From an uncultured Gemmatimonadales bacterium (GTDB lineage: Bacteria > Gemmatimonadota > Gemmatimonadetes > Gemmatimonadales > GWC2-71-9): a stretch of 64,000 bases of DNA. Under the pieces are notes generated by a model. That model saw only the letters and a program-made list of their open reading frames with translations, was not told where the DNA came from and made no database searches. The position numbers and the translations under genes were made by a program. Of the stretch, positions 9,977-21,360 are shown in pieces. The first letter of the stretch is position 1. Each line of letters starts with the position of its first letter. Location: the NCBI GenBank assembly GCA_963779755.1, contig CAVZZO010000001.1:224001-288000 (forward strand). Reading direction: 5' to 3'.

Positions 9977-10084
9977 GTGAGGCGTAAGGGGTCAGGCGTG
10001 ATCGGCCCGCTCACGCCTCACGCCTCACGCCTCACGCCTCACGCCTCACGCCTCACGCCTCACGCCTCACGCCTCACGCCTCAC
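9977..10084. repeat. Heptamer tandem repeat (TCACGCC)x10 with upstream inverted degenerate copies
   Basis: Ten perfect units at 10011-10080 plus TCAC; GTGAGGCGT...GGCGTGA at 9977-10001 is complementary to them. Confidence 0.95.
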
Positions 10085-10102
10085 CAAGCTAAATCGTCCT
10101 GA

Positions 10103-10315
10103 TTACGGCTTCCCCGCCGCCGGCTCGCACCCGAATATTTTTCCTGCCCCCAGCAGCCGCTCCAGCAGGCACCAGTGGGTGAAGCTGGACTGCAGCAGAT
10201 TCAGGCCGACGAACGCGGTAAACAAGAGCCACCAGGGGCTTACCCACCAGGCCAGCGCGAGCGACACCAGGACGAACGTTCCGGCGAACCGGCGAATGAT
10301 CTTGTCTGGACACAT
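10103..10315 (-). CDS. DUF2892/YgaP-like small membrane protein
   Basis: IRRFAG...W..FTAFVGLNLLQSSFTHWC pattern; GGAG RBS. Confidence 0.85.
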   Translation of the reverse strand: MCPDKIIRRFAGTFVLVSLALAWWVSPWWLLFTAFVGLNLLQSSFTHWCLLERLLGAGKIFGCEPAAGKP

Positions 10316-10327
10316 CGGGCATTCTCC

Positions 10328-10618
10328 TCAGTAGAACTGTTCGATAGGCAGAACGGCCGCATGCAGGCGCTCACCGGCCGGCATCGCCTCCGCCTGATTC
10401 CTGAGCCGTGCCATCAGCGGGTCCACCCGGTCCTGGGGGACGATGCTGAAGAACACGGCGCTTTCGCCCGGCCAGGCCCGGCTGCCTTCGCGCCGGCCGG
10501 TGGTGCCGACTCCGTGGGCCCGGTCCAACTCGGTATAGCCCACCGCCGCGGCGGCATCGAGCAGATCGCGCACCAGGCCGGGGTTCGACCCGCTGTAGGT
10601 AATGACCACCATGCGCAT
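10328..10618 (-). CDS. P-II-like transporter-associated protein (PG0541-like)
   Basis: GYT....HGVG..G.REGS.AWPG pattern; translationally coupled to the RND gene. Confidence 0.7.
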   Translation of the reverse strand: MRMVVITYSGSNPGLVRDLLDAAAAVGYTELDRAHGVGTTGRREGSRAWPGESAVFFSIVPQDRVDPLMARLRNQAEAMPAGERLHAAVLPIEQFY

Positions 10619-13600
10619 CAGGCCACCGTCCTTTCACGCCGCCGCAACTCCCAGTAGAGCAGCGGGACCACGACCATGGTGAGCAGCGTCGCCACCACGG
10701 CGCCGCTGATGAGCGCCACCGCCAGTCCCTGGAAGATCGGGTCGAGCACCATCACCAGCCCGCCCACCACCACCGCCGCCGCCGTGAGGGCGATGGGCCG
10801 GAACCGCACGGCGCCGGCCTCGAGCACCGCCTCGCTCAGCGTGCGGCCGCGCGCCAGCGCCAGCTCGATGAAATCCACCAGCAGGATCGAGTTGCGGACG
10901 ATGATGCCGGCCAGCGCGATCATGCCGATCATGCTGGTCGCGGTGAAGAAGGCCCCGGTGAGGGCATGGCCGGGCAGAATGCCGATCAGGGTGAGCGGAA
11001 TCGGCGCCATGATTACCAGCGGGATCTTGAACGACTGGAACCAGCCGACCACCAGGACATAGATGAGGACCAGCACCGCGGCGAAGGCCAGCCCCAGATC
11101 CCGGAAGACCTCGATGGTGATCTGCCACTCGCCGTCCCATTTCATGGCCGTTTCGTCCAGCCGGTCCGGCTGCACGGCGTTGTAACGGTGGATCGAGGCT
11201 CCCCGCACCCGCACGGTGTCGAGCGCGCGGTTCATCGCCAGGATCGCATACACCGGCGATTCGATCGTCCCGGCGACATCGCCCGTCACGTAGATCACCG
11301 GCCGCAGGTTCTTGCGATAGCGGCTGGGGGCCTGGGAGGTGGAGTCCATCCGTACGAACCGGCCCAGGGGCGCCGGGCCGCTGGCGGTCGCCACCGGAAG
11401 CGCCAGCAGCGCCTCGACGCTGCTCCGCTGGTCCAGGGGCAGCCGCGGCACCAGGGCCACGCCTTCCCGGGCGGTGGGCTGGCTCACCAGCCCGGCGCCT
11501 CCGCCGGACAGCGCCAGCGCGACCGTCTGGCTGATCTGCTCCACATCGGCCCCGGCGCGGGCGGCCAGCACCCGGTCCACCTCGAGCGACTCCTTGGGCT
11601 GGGGCGCCTCGACCGTCCAGTCGACGTCCACCACGCCGGGTGTCTGCTCGAAGACCGCCTTCACCCGGCGCGCGGCCTCCAGCCGGGTCGAGTCGTCCGC
11701 GGCGTAGACCTCCGCCACCAGCGTGGACAGCACCGGCGGGCCGGGAGGGATCTCGGCGATCTTGGCGCTGGCGCGGTAGCGACGGGCGATGGAATCCACC
11801 CCGGGCCGCACCGCGAGCGCGATCGCGTGGCTCTGGCGGCGGCGGTCGCCCTTGGCCAGCAGATTCACCTGCAGATCGGCGACCGCGGGGCCCCGGCGGA
11901 GGAAATAGTGCCGCACCAGACCGTTGAAGTTGAACGGCGCCGCGGTGCCGGCGTAGGTCTGTACGCTCTGCACCTCGGGCACGGTGCGCAGGTAGGTGGC
12001 GATTTCCCGGGCGGCGGCATTGCCCATCTCCAGGGTAGTGCCTTCGGGGAAATCCAGCACCACCTGGAACTCGCTCTTGTTGTCGAAGGGCAGCATCTTC
12101 ACCTGGACGATGCGGAGCCCCAGGAGGCCCACCGACAGCAGGAGCAATACACCGACGCCCGCATAGAACCCGTAGCGCCGCCGCGGCCGTTCCATGAGCG
12201 GCTGCATGACCCCGGCATACAGACGGGCAAACCGTCCCTGCTCTTCGGGCTCATGCACACGGTCGGGCCGGGGATGCGATTTGCGTACATGTCCCCGGAG
12301 CAGGCGCAGGGCCAGATACGGAGTGATGATGAACGCCACGGCCAGCGAGGCCAGCATCGCCGCCGAGGCTCCGATGGGAATGGGCCGCATGTAGGGGCCC
12401 ATCAGTCCCGAGACGAACGCCATCGGCAGGATGGCCGCAATGACCGTAAAGGTGGCCAGGATGGTGGGATTCCCCACCTCGTCCACCCCTTCGACCGCGG
12501 CTTCTTCCGGGGTACGGTCCCCCATCTGGAGATGGCGATAGATGTTCTCCACCACCACGATGGCGTCGTCCACCAGGATGCCTATCGAGAAGATCAGCGC
12601 AAAGAGCGTGATCCGGTTGAGCGTGTACCCCAGGGCATAGTAGACGAACAGCGTGAGTGCCAGCGTGACCGGGACCGCCACCAGCACCACCAGCGCCTCC
12701 CGCCACCCCAGGAAGATCCCGATCAGCAGCGTCACCGAAAGGGTTGCGATCAGCAGGTGCAGGATCAGCTCGTTGGCCTTGTCGCTCGCCGTCTCGCCGT
12801 AGTCGCGCGTGACCTCCATGTGCACATCGGCCGGCAGCAGCCTGGTCCGGGCCTGCTCGACCCGCCCCAGCACCGCGTGTGCGACGACCGTCGCGTTGGC
12901 CCCGTGGCGCTTGGAGACGGCGATTACCACTGCGTTGTCGTGCCCCGCCCCGGTGCCCTGGTGCGTCACATAGCTGGTCCGGTCGCCGAAACCGTCGCTG
13001 ATGCGCGCCACGTCGCGCAGGTATACCGGGGCGCCGGAGCGGGTGCTGACCACCACCTCACCGACGTCGCCGGCGGTCTGGAGCGGCGCGCCCACGCTCA
13101 CCAGCACGACATGGTTGGCCTCCGCCACATCCCCTGCCGGCAGCCGGGCGTTCGCTCCCTTGAGCGCCATGACCACCTCGCCCGGGGTGACGCCGCTGGC
13201 CGCCAGGCGGGCCGGCTCCAGATCCACCCGCATCACCCGCGGCTCGCCCCCGACCACGAAGGTCTGCGCCACATCGGGAATGGTACGGATCTCGTCTTCC
13301 AGGTGGGCAGCCACCTGCCGGAGTTCGTTCGAGCCGTAGTCGGACGAGTGCAGTGTCAGCGTGAGGATGGGCACGTCGTCGATGGAATGCGGCTTCACCA
13401 GCGGCGGCGTGGCGCCGGGCGGCGCCTGATCCATGGCGGCGAACAGCTTGGCGTGTACCTTGGTGACGCTCACTTCCTGGTCCTCGCCCACCTTGAAACG
13501 GACGGTGACCAGCGTCATGCCCTCCCCCGCCATGCTGTACACGTACTCCACCCCGGGGATCTCCCACATCCGGCGCTCGATAGGCCGGGTGAGCAGATTT

Positions 13601-13788
13601 TCCACCTCCGTGGGTGAGGCGCCCGGCAGGGCCACGATCACGTCGATCATGGGCACCGAAATCTGCGGCTCCTCCTCCCGCGGCGTCGCGATGATCGCCA
13701 GGGCGCCGGCCGCGAGCGACGCGAGCGTCACCAGCGGCGTCAGCTTGGAGCGCAGAAAGGCGTGGGCGACGCGTCCCGCAATACCCAT
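10618..13788 (-). CDS. RND efflux permease (AcrB/CusA superfamily)
   Basis: 1056 aa; PREEEPQI, GILVDDAIVVVEN, GIIVRNSILLVDF, RFRPIALT. Confidence 0.93.
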   Translation of the reverse strand: MGIAGRVAHAFLRSKLTPLVTLASLAAGALAIIATPREEEPQISVPMIDVIVALPGASPTEVENLLTRPIERRMWEIPGVEYVYSMAGEGMTLVTVRFKVGEDQEVSVTKVHAKLFAAMDQAPPGATPPLVKPHSIDDVPILTLTLHSSDYGSNELRQVAAHLEDEIRTIPDVAQTFVVGGEPRVMRVDLEPARLAASGVTPGEVVMALKGANARLPAGDVAEANHVVLVSVGAPLQTAGDVGEVVVSTRSGAPVYLRDVARISDGFGDRTSYVTHQGTGAGHDNAVVIAVSKRHGANATVVAHAVLGRVEQARTRLLPADVHMEVTRDYGETASDKANELILHLLIATLSVTLLIGIFLGWREALVVLVAVPVTLALTLFVYYALGYTLNRITLFALIFSIGILVDDAIVVVENIYRHLQMGDRTPEEAAVEGVDEVGNPTILATFTVIAAILPMAFVSGLMGPYMRPIPIGASAAMLASLAVAFIITPYLALRLLRGHVRKSHPRPDRVHEPEEQGRFARLYAGVMQPLMERPRRRYGFYAGVGVLLLLSVGLLGLRIVQVKMLPFDNKSEFQVVLDFPEGTTLEMGNAAAREIATYLRTVPEVQSVQTYAGTAAPFNFNGLVRHYFLRRGPAVADLQVNLLAKGDRRRQSHAIALAVRPGVDSIARRYRASAKIAEIPPGPPVLSTLVAEVYAADDSTRLEAARRVKAVFEQTPGVVDVDWTVEAPQPKESLEVDRVLAARAGADVEQISQTVALALSGGGAGLVSQPTAREGVALVPRLPLDQRSSVEALLALPVATASGPAPLGRFVRMDSTSQAPSRYRKNLRPVIYVTGDVAGTIESPVYAILAMNRALDTVRVRGASIHRYNAVQPDRLDETAMKWDGEWQITIEVFRDLGLAFAAVLVLIYVLVVGWFQSFKIPLVIMAPIPLTLIGILPGHALTGAFFTATSMIGMIALAGIIVRNSILLVDFIELALARGRTLSEAVLEAGAVRFRPIALTAAAVVVGGLVMVLDPIFQGLAVALISGAVVATLLTMVVVPLLYWELRRRERTVA

Positions 13789-13790
13789 GA

Positions 13791-14831
13791 TTACCGCCCT
13801 CCCCCCAGATCGGCCTGCGGGATGATCACCCGGTCGCCTGCGGCCAGTCCGGCGGCCACCTCCACCAGATTCCCCGCCGGCTGCCCCAGCCGGACCCATC
13901 GGAGCTCATTGCCCGCCGGGGTGACGAGATACACGCCGGTGAGGTCGCCCTGCCGGACAATGGCATCCTGGGGAACCAGCACCGCCGCGCGCCGGCCCCG
14001 CACCAGCAGGAGCGTCGCCGCGGCGCCGCTCGGCAGGCCCCGCCCCGGGTTGGGGACCAGGGCGTTCACCTGCACCAGGTTGCCCCGGCCGGCCGGAACG
14101 ATGCCTTCGATGGTGGCCGCCACGGCGGAGTCCTCGACCGTTGCCCGGATGGAGTCGCCCGCGTGATACCCGCGCACCGCCTCCGGGGCGGCCCAGGCGG
14201 AGAGACGAAGCCGGGAGGCGTCCTCGACCGTCACCAGGGGCGCGCCGGGGGCGGCGAAGGCGCCCGCATCTACAAACCGGCGGGTCAGGCGGCCGCTGAA
14301 GGGCGCGCGCACTTCGGAGTAGCCGGCCACCGCTTCCAGTTCCTGTCCTGCCGCCCGCGCCGCCTCCATACCCGCCTCCGCCCGGGCGAGCCCGGTCTCG
14401 GCCGCGTCGAGCTGCGCCTTGGGCGCGGCGCTGTCGGCGTACAGCGATCGCAGGCGCGCTGCCTGCACCCGGGCGTCCTGTAACACCGCCTCGGCGGCGG
14501 CCTGGGAGGCCTGTACCTGGGCACGCTTGGCGTTCAGCTCGCGGGCATCGATCCGCACCAGCACCTGCCCCGCCTGCACCGGCGCCCCTTCCACTGCCGT
14601 CACCGCCACCACGGTCCCCATGATCTTGGTGCTGAGCGTCGACTGCTGCACCGCCTGGGCGACGCCGGAGACCGGGAGCACCTGGTCGATCATCGTATCG
14701 GGCACCACGAACACCGAGCCCGTGACCCGGGCGCCCGCCTCGGTGTGGCGCACGTCCTCGCCCCGGCCGCAGGCCGCCGGTCCCGCCACCAGCAGCAACA
14801 CCCCGAGCCCTCTTATGAAAAGCGATCGCAT
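13791..14831 (-). CDS. RND periplasmic adaptor (membrane fusion protein)
   Basis: Lipobox PAAC; GQVLVRID, coiled coil, VRAPFSG, GLAAGDRVI. Confidence 0.92.
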   Translation of the reverse strand: MRSLFIRGLGVLLLVAGPAACGRGEDVRHTEAGARVTGSVFVVPDTMIDQVLPVSGVAQAVQQSTLSTKIMGTVVAVTAVEGAPVQAGQVLVRIDARELNAKRAQVQASQAAAEAVLQDARVQAARLRSLYADSAAPKAQLDAAETGLARAEAGMEAARAAGQELEAVAGYSEVRAPFSGRLTRRFVDAGAFAAPGAPLVTVEDASRLRLSAWAAPEAVRGYHAGDSIRATVEDSAVAATIEGIVPAGRGNLVQVNALVPNPGRGLPSGAAATLLLVRGRRAAVLVPQDAIVRQGDLTGVYLVTPAGNELRWVRLGQPAGNLVEVAAGLAAGDRVIIPQADLGGGR

Positions 14832-14838
14832 CCTTGCC

Positions 14839-16200
14839 TCATTCCGAAAGAACGGTACGCGCCGGATCGGGCCGACCCTGCGCCTGACGCAGCGCCACCG
14901 CGGCGACCAGCACCTGATAGCGTGCGTCCGCCAGCCGCAGCTGCTGCTGGGTGGTGGTGGCGTCGGCGCCCAGCAGCTCTACCACCGTCGCCAGGCCGCC
15001 GGCGTACTTTTTCGCCACGATGCGCGCCGCTTCGGCACTCTGGCTCACTGCGCCGCTGGCGATGTCGAGACGGGCCAGCGCGACATCGAGATCGCTCCGG
15101 CGCTGCGCCAGCTCCAGCTCCGCCTGTGCCCGCGCCCCTTCGGCTTGCGCCCGGGCGACATCCAGCTGTCCACCCGCACGCTGCACCTCCGAAAGCTGCC
15201 GGCCCCCGCTCCAGAGTGACCAACTGGCCATCAGGCCCACCGTCCAGCTCCGGCTGCCCTGGAAGGGACCGCCGGCGGCGTTCCAGTCGTACCGGGCGAA
15301 CGAGTTGAGACGGGGCAGGTAGGCCGCGCGAGCGCGCGCCACGTTCCGGCTCGCGGCCGCGGCACCGAGCTCGGCGGCCCGTACATCGCTCCGGTCCTGC
15401 AGCGCGGACGAGTCGTCCTCGCCGGCCAGCGCCCGGAGCCGGGCGGCCGGCGGCAGATCGGCGGGAAGGGTGAATGCGGTGTCCGCGGGGGAACCCAGCA
15501 GGACCGCCAGCTGCCGCCGGGCAATCCGCGCATTACTCCGTGCCGCGATGAGGCTGGCCTCGACGTCACCGGCCCGGACCTGGGCCTGGAGCACATCGGA
15601 GTGCGTGACCAGTCCGTTCCGCGCCAAGGATTCGGCTTGGCGCGCGTGCTCCTGCGCGGCGCGCAGACCCGCTTCCAGAGTCTGGACCTGCAGACCGGCC
15701 AGCACCGCCCCGTAATAGGCGCGCACCACCTCCACCTGCACCGACCCGTGGGTCCAGTCCCGAGCGGCATCCTCGGCTCCGGCCGCGCGCGCCGCCGCCG
15801 ACCGCCCCAACCAGGCATCCACATTGATGAGCGGCTGCTCCACGACCAGGCCGCCGCCGTAATTGTCGATGGCGGCCGGGTCGTTGAGGCGGCTGGGATC
15901 GAAGGCGGCCTGGGTGACGGCCCGCTGCTTCAGCAACAGTCCGAAGGCGGTCAGCGGTTCGGTGCTGCGGACGTACCCCGCCTCGGCATGCACCGACGGC
16001 AGGAACCCCGCCAGGGCGGCGGTACGGTCGGCGGCGCGCACCCGGACGGCCCCGTCGGCCATGCGGTTGGCATAGGCCGACTGCTCGGCTCGACGCAACG
16101 CCTCCCGCAGCGTGAGCTGCCCCTCCTGCGCCGAGAGCGGCACCAGCGGGGGCAGCACCAGCGCGAGGACCAGCCATCGGACTGCGGAAACCCGTCTCAC
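14839..16200 (-). CDS. TolC family outer-membrane efflux protein
   Basis: Signal peptide; two OEP repeats (FLPSV, YLPRL); VVRAYYG, YAGG..TVVELL. Confidence 0.9.
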   Translation of the reverse strand: MRRVSAVRWLVLALVLPPLVPLSAQEGQLTLREALRRAEQSAYANRMADGAVRVRAADRTAALAGFLPSVHAEAGYVRSTEPLTAFGLLLKQRAVTQAAFDPSRLNDPAAIDNYGGGLVVEQPLINVDAWLGRSAAARAAGAEDAARDWTHGSVQVEVVRAYYGAVLAGLQVQTLEAGLRAAQEHARQAESLARNGLVTHSDVLQAQVRAGDVEASLIAARSNARIARRQLAVLLGSPADTAFTLPADLPPAARLRALAGEDDSSALQDRSDVRAAELGAAAASRNVARARAAYLPRLNSFARYDWNAAGGPFQGSRSWTVGLMASWSLWSGGRQLSEVQRAGGQLDVARAQAEGARAQAELELAQRRSDLDVALARLDIASGAVSQSAEAARIVAKKYAGGLATVVELLGADATTTQQQLRLADARYQVLVAAVALRQAQGRPDPARTVLSE

Positions 16201-16230
16201 GTGCGCTCCAGGGGCATGCGAATTATGACA

Positions 16231-16260
16231 TAACTATATAACTATATGTTAATATGTCAA
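16231..16260 (-). promoter_or_regulatory. Sigma-70 promoter with overlapping AT-rich operator for the tolC-MFP-RND operon
   Basis: Minus strand TTGACA-N16-TATAGT within an AT-rich patch containing repeated ATAGTTAT. Confidence 0.65.
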
Positions 16261-16334
16261 CGGCCCGTATGGAACGCAAGGAGGGGCGGCCGCCGGCCGC
16301 CCCCGCTTGGTTGGTGCCGAGGTGCGCCGGGTCG

Positions 16335-17261
16335 CTACGGCACGCGCCAGAACTCCACGGTGTTGCCGGTAAAGATGGGCACGCCCAGCAGCCCGGTCTC
16401 CCTGTCCAGACCAATATCGGCCGGAGAGGCGACGCCATGGATGAGGGGCACGACCCGGCCGCTGTCCACTACGTCCACCGTACTGTCCGCCCAGCTGGAG
16501 ACCAGGATACGGCCGTTCTTCTCCAGCGCGACGCCGTCGAAGGTGCCCGGGCCGCTGGCCAGCACCGTCGGCGCCTGTCCCGGGGTCCAGGACAGGATGC
16601 GGGAGCCGGTGAGCTGCACCACGAGAAAGCGGTCCTGCCCCGCGTCCCAGGCAATACCGTTGGGCCCCCCCAGGGAATCGCCTTCCACCGCGACCCGCAC
16701 CGAATGATCCGGGGCGATGGCATAGATCCGGTCCGGTCCAGGATGCGACATCTGGCCCAGGCTGTCGAATTCGATGCCGGTGTCGGTCACGTAGAGGGTA
16801 TCGCCGGGGCCGGCCACGACATCATTGAGAAATTGGGCGCCCGGCAGCGGGATGGACGCCACCGCCGCGGCCGACCGGCGGTTGAAGCCGCGCAGGGCGT
16901 CAATGTCGGCGACCCAGAGCGTATCGCCGATCAGGGCCATGCCCTTGGGTGCGTTCAGGGTGATACCGCCGCGCCCGCCTTCGATGTACTTCAGCGAATC
17001 CACCTGGCCGGCACGATTCAGGACGCTGATGAACCCGTTGTTGTCTTTCGCGCTGGGGTTGCCGTTGATATTGCTGACGTACCACACGCCTTCCCCCGGC
17101 GCCCACATCACCGATTCGGGCGTCTGAAAGCCCTCGATCGTGGCGGCGCGCGCGGGAGTACTGGCGCTGTCGCTCTGCGCCTGGTGGTTGGGTTCGCGTC
17201 CCTGGCCGCACGCGGCCAGAGTGAGCAGTACCGTGCCGAGCAGGAGTCTCTGGTGCTGCAT
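16335..17261 (-). CDS. SMP-30/gluconolactonase-like beta-propeller lipoprotein
   Basis: Lipobox LAAC; TPESV, YVSNING, NAPKGM, FLNDV, GPNGI, FDGV. Confidence 0.8.
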   Translation of the reverse strand: MQHQRLLLGTVLLTLAACGQGREPNHQAQSDSASTPARAATIEGFQTPESVMWAPGEGVWYVSNINGNPSAKDNNGFISVLNRAGQVDSLKYIEGGRGGITLNAPKGMALIGDTLWVADIDALRGFNRRSAAAVASIPLPGAQFLNDVVAGPGDTLYVTDTGIEFDSLGQMSHPGPDRIYAIAPDHSVRVAVEGDSLGGPNGIAWDAGQDRFLVVQLTGSRILSWTPGQAPTVLASGPGTFDGVALEKNGRILVSSWADSTVDVVDSGRVVPLIHGVASPADIGLDRETGLLGVPIFTGNTVEFWRVP

Positions 17262-17317
17262 CCGTCCGCCTCCTTGGGAAAAGGGTCCAGGAGATTCTGC
17301 GTTCGGCGCCGCGCGAC

Positions 17318-18715
17318 TCAACCCACCGGCGCCACCTGATACTGCTCCAGCTTGCCATCGGGCATCTGGAAGGTCCAGGCGCGCAGGAGCTTGCCGTCCG
17401 GAAAACCGATCCGGAAGACGCGAAGGACCATGCCGCCCCGGAGGCCCTGGGAGGCCTGAACGAACGAACTCGGCGCGCCCAGAGGCCCGAGGCTCGAGGC
17501 AAAGTCGCTCAGGGCCTGCTGGTTGAAATAGAAGTTGGCATCCTCGGTAAGGAGTGACCGGTCGATGCGGCCCTGCTGGAGCCCCTCGAAGATCCGGCGC
17601 GCCTGGGCCGTACGCATCTCGGTGGCAGAGTCCTGGACCGCAAAAAGAGCCCGGGCCACCGCTCCACCGATCGCGCCGGCGGCCGGAGCCGCGTCCTGGT
17701 TGGTCAGAACAATGACGGCAGTACTGTCATCCGGGAATACCAGGTTCTCGGCGGTGAAGCCGGAAACCTCGCCGCTGTGCTCGATCAGCCGCCGTCCCCC
17801 CTGCATCTGCACGAAGACGCCGAGGCCGTATCCGCTCCCCACGCCGCTGTTGAGGCGCACCTCCGTTTCCATCGCCCGGTAGGAGGCCGGCTCCAGCAGG
17901 CTCTGCTTGATCATCGCGATATCCCACTTGGCCAGGTCGCTCGGGGTCATCGCCAGCTCACCGGCCGCGAAGAGCCACCCCTTCCCTTCCTTGGGGGCGG
18001 GGTGCAGCGGGCCGAGGGCATATCGCATGTACCCGGTGGGATCGGACTGGGTGAGCCGCCCGGTATTGATGTCGAGCACGCTATGCATCGCGAGCGGCGC
18101 CAGGATGTGCTGCCGCACGAACTCCATGAACGGCGTGCCGCTCACCTTTTCCACGATGGCACCGGCGATCACGAAATTGGTATTGCTGTACTGCCACTTG
18201 CTGCCCGGCTCGAAATCGAGCGGCTTTCCGGCCCACCGGTCCATGATCTGCCGTGCGGTGGTCGGCTGCAGCATGTCGGGCGGCACGTAATCCTGCGGCC
18301 AGTAGTCCTGATAGCCCGAGGTATGCGAGAGCAGCTGGCGGATGGTGACCGCGTCGGCGCGCGTGAGGTCGGGGAAATACTTGGCGACCTTGTCGTCCAG
18401 CGACAACTTGCCCTGCTGCTGCAGCAGCAGGATGGACGCGGCCGCGAACTGCTTGCTGATCGACCCGATGCTGTAGCGCATGCCGGGCGTGGCGGGGGTC
18501 TTTGGCTCCAGCGTGGCGTCACCGTAGGCCTGGGCGTAGACCAGCTGGCCGTGGCGGACGACAGCCACCGAGGCACTGGGGACGCCGGTCTTCTGCAGCA
18601 CTTCGCGGGATACCGAATCGATCCGGGCGTTGAGGCCGGTGTCGGCCGCCTGCGCTGCGGCCCCGCTTGCAGCACCGGTGACCAGCCCGAGCACCAGCAG
18701 AAAACAACGGCGCAC
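17318..18715 (-). CDS. Serine hydrolase, beta-lactamase class C/PBP-like family
   Basis: GSISK (SxxK), LLSHTSG, YSN (YxN), HSG; signal peptide. Confidence 0.85.
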   Translation of the reverse strand: MRRCFLLVLGLVTGAASGAAAQAADTGLNARIDSVSREVLQKTGVPSASVAVVRHGQLVYAQAYGDATLEPKTPATPGMRYSIGSISKQFAAASILLLQQQGKLSLDDKVAKYFPDLTRADAVTIRQLLSHTSGYQDYWPQDYVPPDMLQPTTARQIMDRWAGKPLDFEPGSKWQYSNTNFVIAGAIVEKVSGTPFMEFVRQHILAPLAMHSVLDINTGRLTQSDPTGYMRYALGPLHPAPKEGKGWLFAAGELAMTPSDLAKWDIAMIKQSLLEPASYRAMETEVRLNSGVGSGYGLGVFVQMQGGRRLIEHSGEVSGFTAENLVFPDDSTAVIVLTNQDAAPAAGAIGGAVARALFAVQDSATEMRTAQARRIFEGLQQGRIDRSLLTEDANFYFNQQALSDFASSLGPLGAPSSFVQASQGLRGGMVLRVFRIGFPDGKLLRAWTFQMPDGKLEQYQVAPVG

Positions 18716-18907
18716 AGGAATTCTCCTTGGTTGAAGTGTCGCCGGCGGACCACTCGCATGCAGGGTCCGGAATGCGGCAAGGGGGTGACGGGGTCTGGTA
18801 GCGGCTACCATACCATATACTCGAACGGAGCTGAGCCTGGCACCCTGAGCGCAGCGAAAAGGTCGCCTTGGGCATGGCCAGGCCGGGCCCGATGACCGGG
18901 GCCGAGG

Positions 18908-20677
<1,770 letters not shown>

Positions 20678-20694
20678 TTACCTGCTCGGTCGTC

Positions 20695-20804
20695 GCCGCG
20701 CTCCCTCCGCCGGTGTGAGCCGGATCAGGTTCCAAGGGTACATTCTCAATCCAGCCTGCGGAGGCGGGAATCTCCCGACCCTCGGCGTGGATGCCCCTGG
20801 CGGC
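20695..20804 (-). promoter_or_regulatory. TPP riboswitch
   Basis: Minus strand GCCGC-CAGGGG...TGAGA..TACCC.TGGAACCTGATCCGG..CACCGGCGGAGGGA..GCGGC directly upstream of thiC. Confidence 0.93.
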
Positions 20805-20880
20805 ATCCGCGAATAGTAAAGATGGCCGCGAAGCGGGGTCAATAGTGATATTCCAGCGTCTCTTCGCGGATGCGCCTTTC

Positions 20881-21360
20881 ATGGCACGAGATACCGCCGC
20901 TCCCGGCGCCCGGCTGCTCCGGCTCTGGCGCCGACTGGCTCCCCTGCCGGGGGGCAACCGGCTCTTCGGCCTGCTGCTCGGGTGGATGGTGCCCTATACC
21001 GGGTCTATCCGGCCCCTCGTCCTCTCGCTCGAGCCGGGCCGCACCCGGGTCGCGCTGCGCGACCGCCGCGCCGTCCGCAACCACCTTGGCTCCATCCACG
21101 CCATAGCCCTGGCCAATCTGGGCGAGGTTACCAGCGGGCTGGCGCTGCTCACCGCCCTGCCACCGGGAGTCCGCGGCATCGTCACCGGCATTTCCATTCA
21201 GTACCTCAAGAAAGCGCGCGGCCTGCTGGTGGCGGAATGTTCCGCCGAGGCTCCAGCGCTGGCGGAGCCGGGGGAACACACGGTAGAGGCCCGGATCATC
21301 GACGCCACCGGAGATCCGGTTGCCGTGCTCATGGCGCGCTGGCGGCTCAGCCCGCCGTGA
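20881..21360 (+). CDS. Hotdog-fold/PaaI (DUF4442-like) thioesterase
   Basis: [31 protein letters not shown]. Confidence 0.82.
   Translation: MARDTAAPGARLLRLWRRLAPLPGGNRLFGLLLGWMVPYTGSIRPLVLSLEPGRTRVALRDRRAVRNHLGSIHAIALANLGEVTSGLALLTALPPGVRGIVTGISIQYLKKARGLLVAECSAEAPALAEPGEHTVEARIIDATGDPVAVLMARWRLSPP

Noticed and set aside
10011..10084. Short tandem arrays (also 31121, 59062, 62651) as CRISPR arrays
   Set aside because: Units are 7-9 bp and contiguous with no unique spacers; no cas genes in the window.
10966..13617. Long antisense or alternate-frame ORFs (e.g. 883 aa here, 35275-37308, 19043-20575, 28024-29544, 62592-63995)
   Set aside because: Shadow ORFs expected at high GC; they overlap genes with clear family motifs and have no motifs of their own.
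17318..18715. SxxK hydrolases (also 44148-45143) as antibiotic-resistance genes
   Set aside because: The motifs show only family membership; the class A-like protein has KQG and no evident Glu166-type omega-loop motif.
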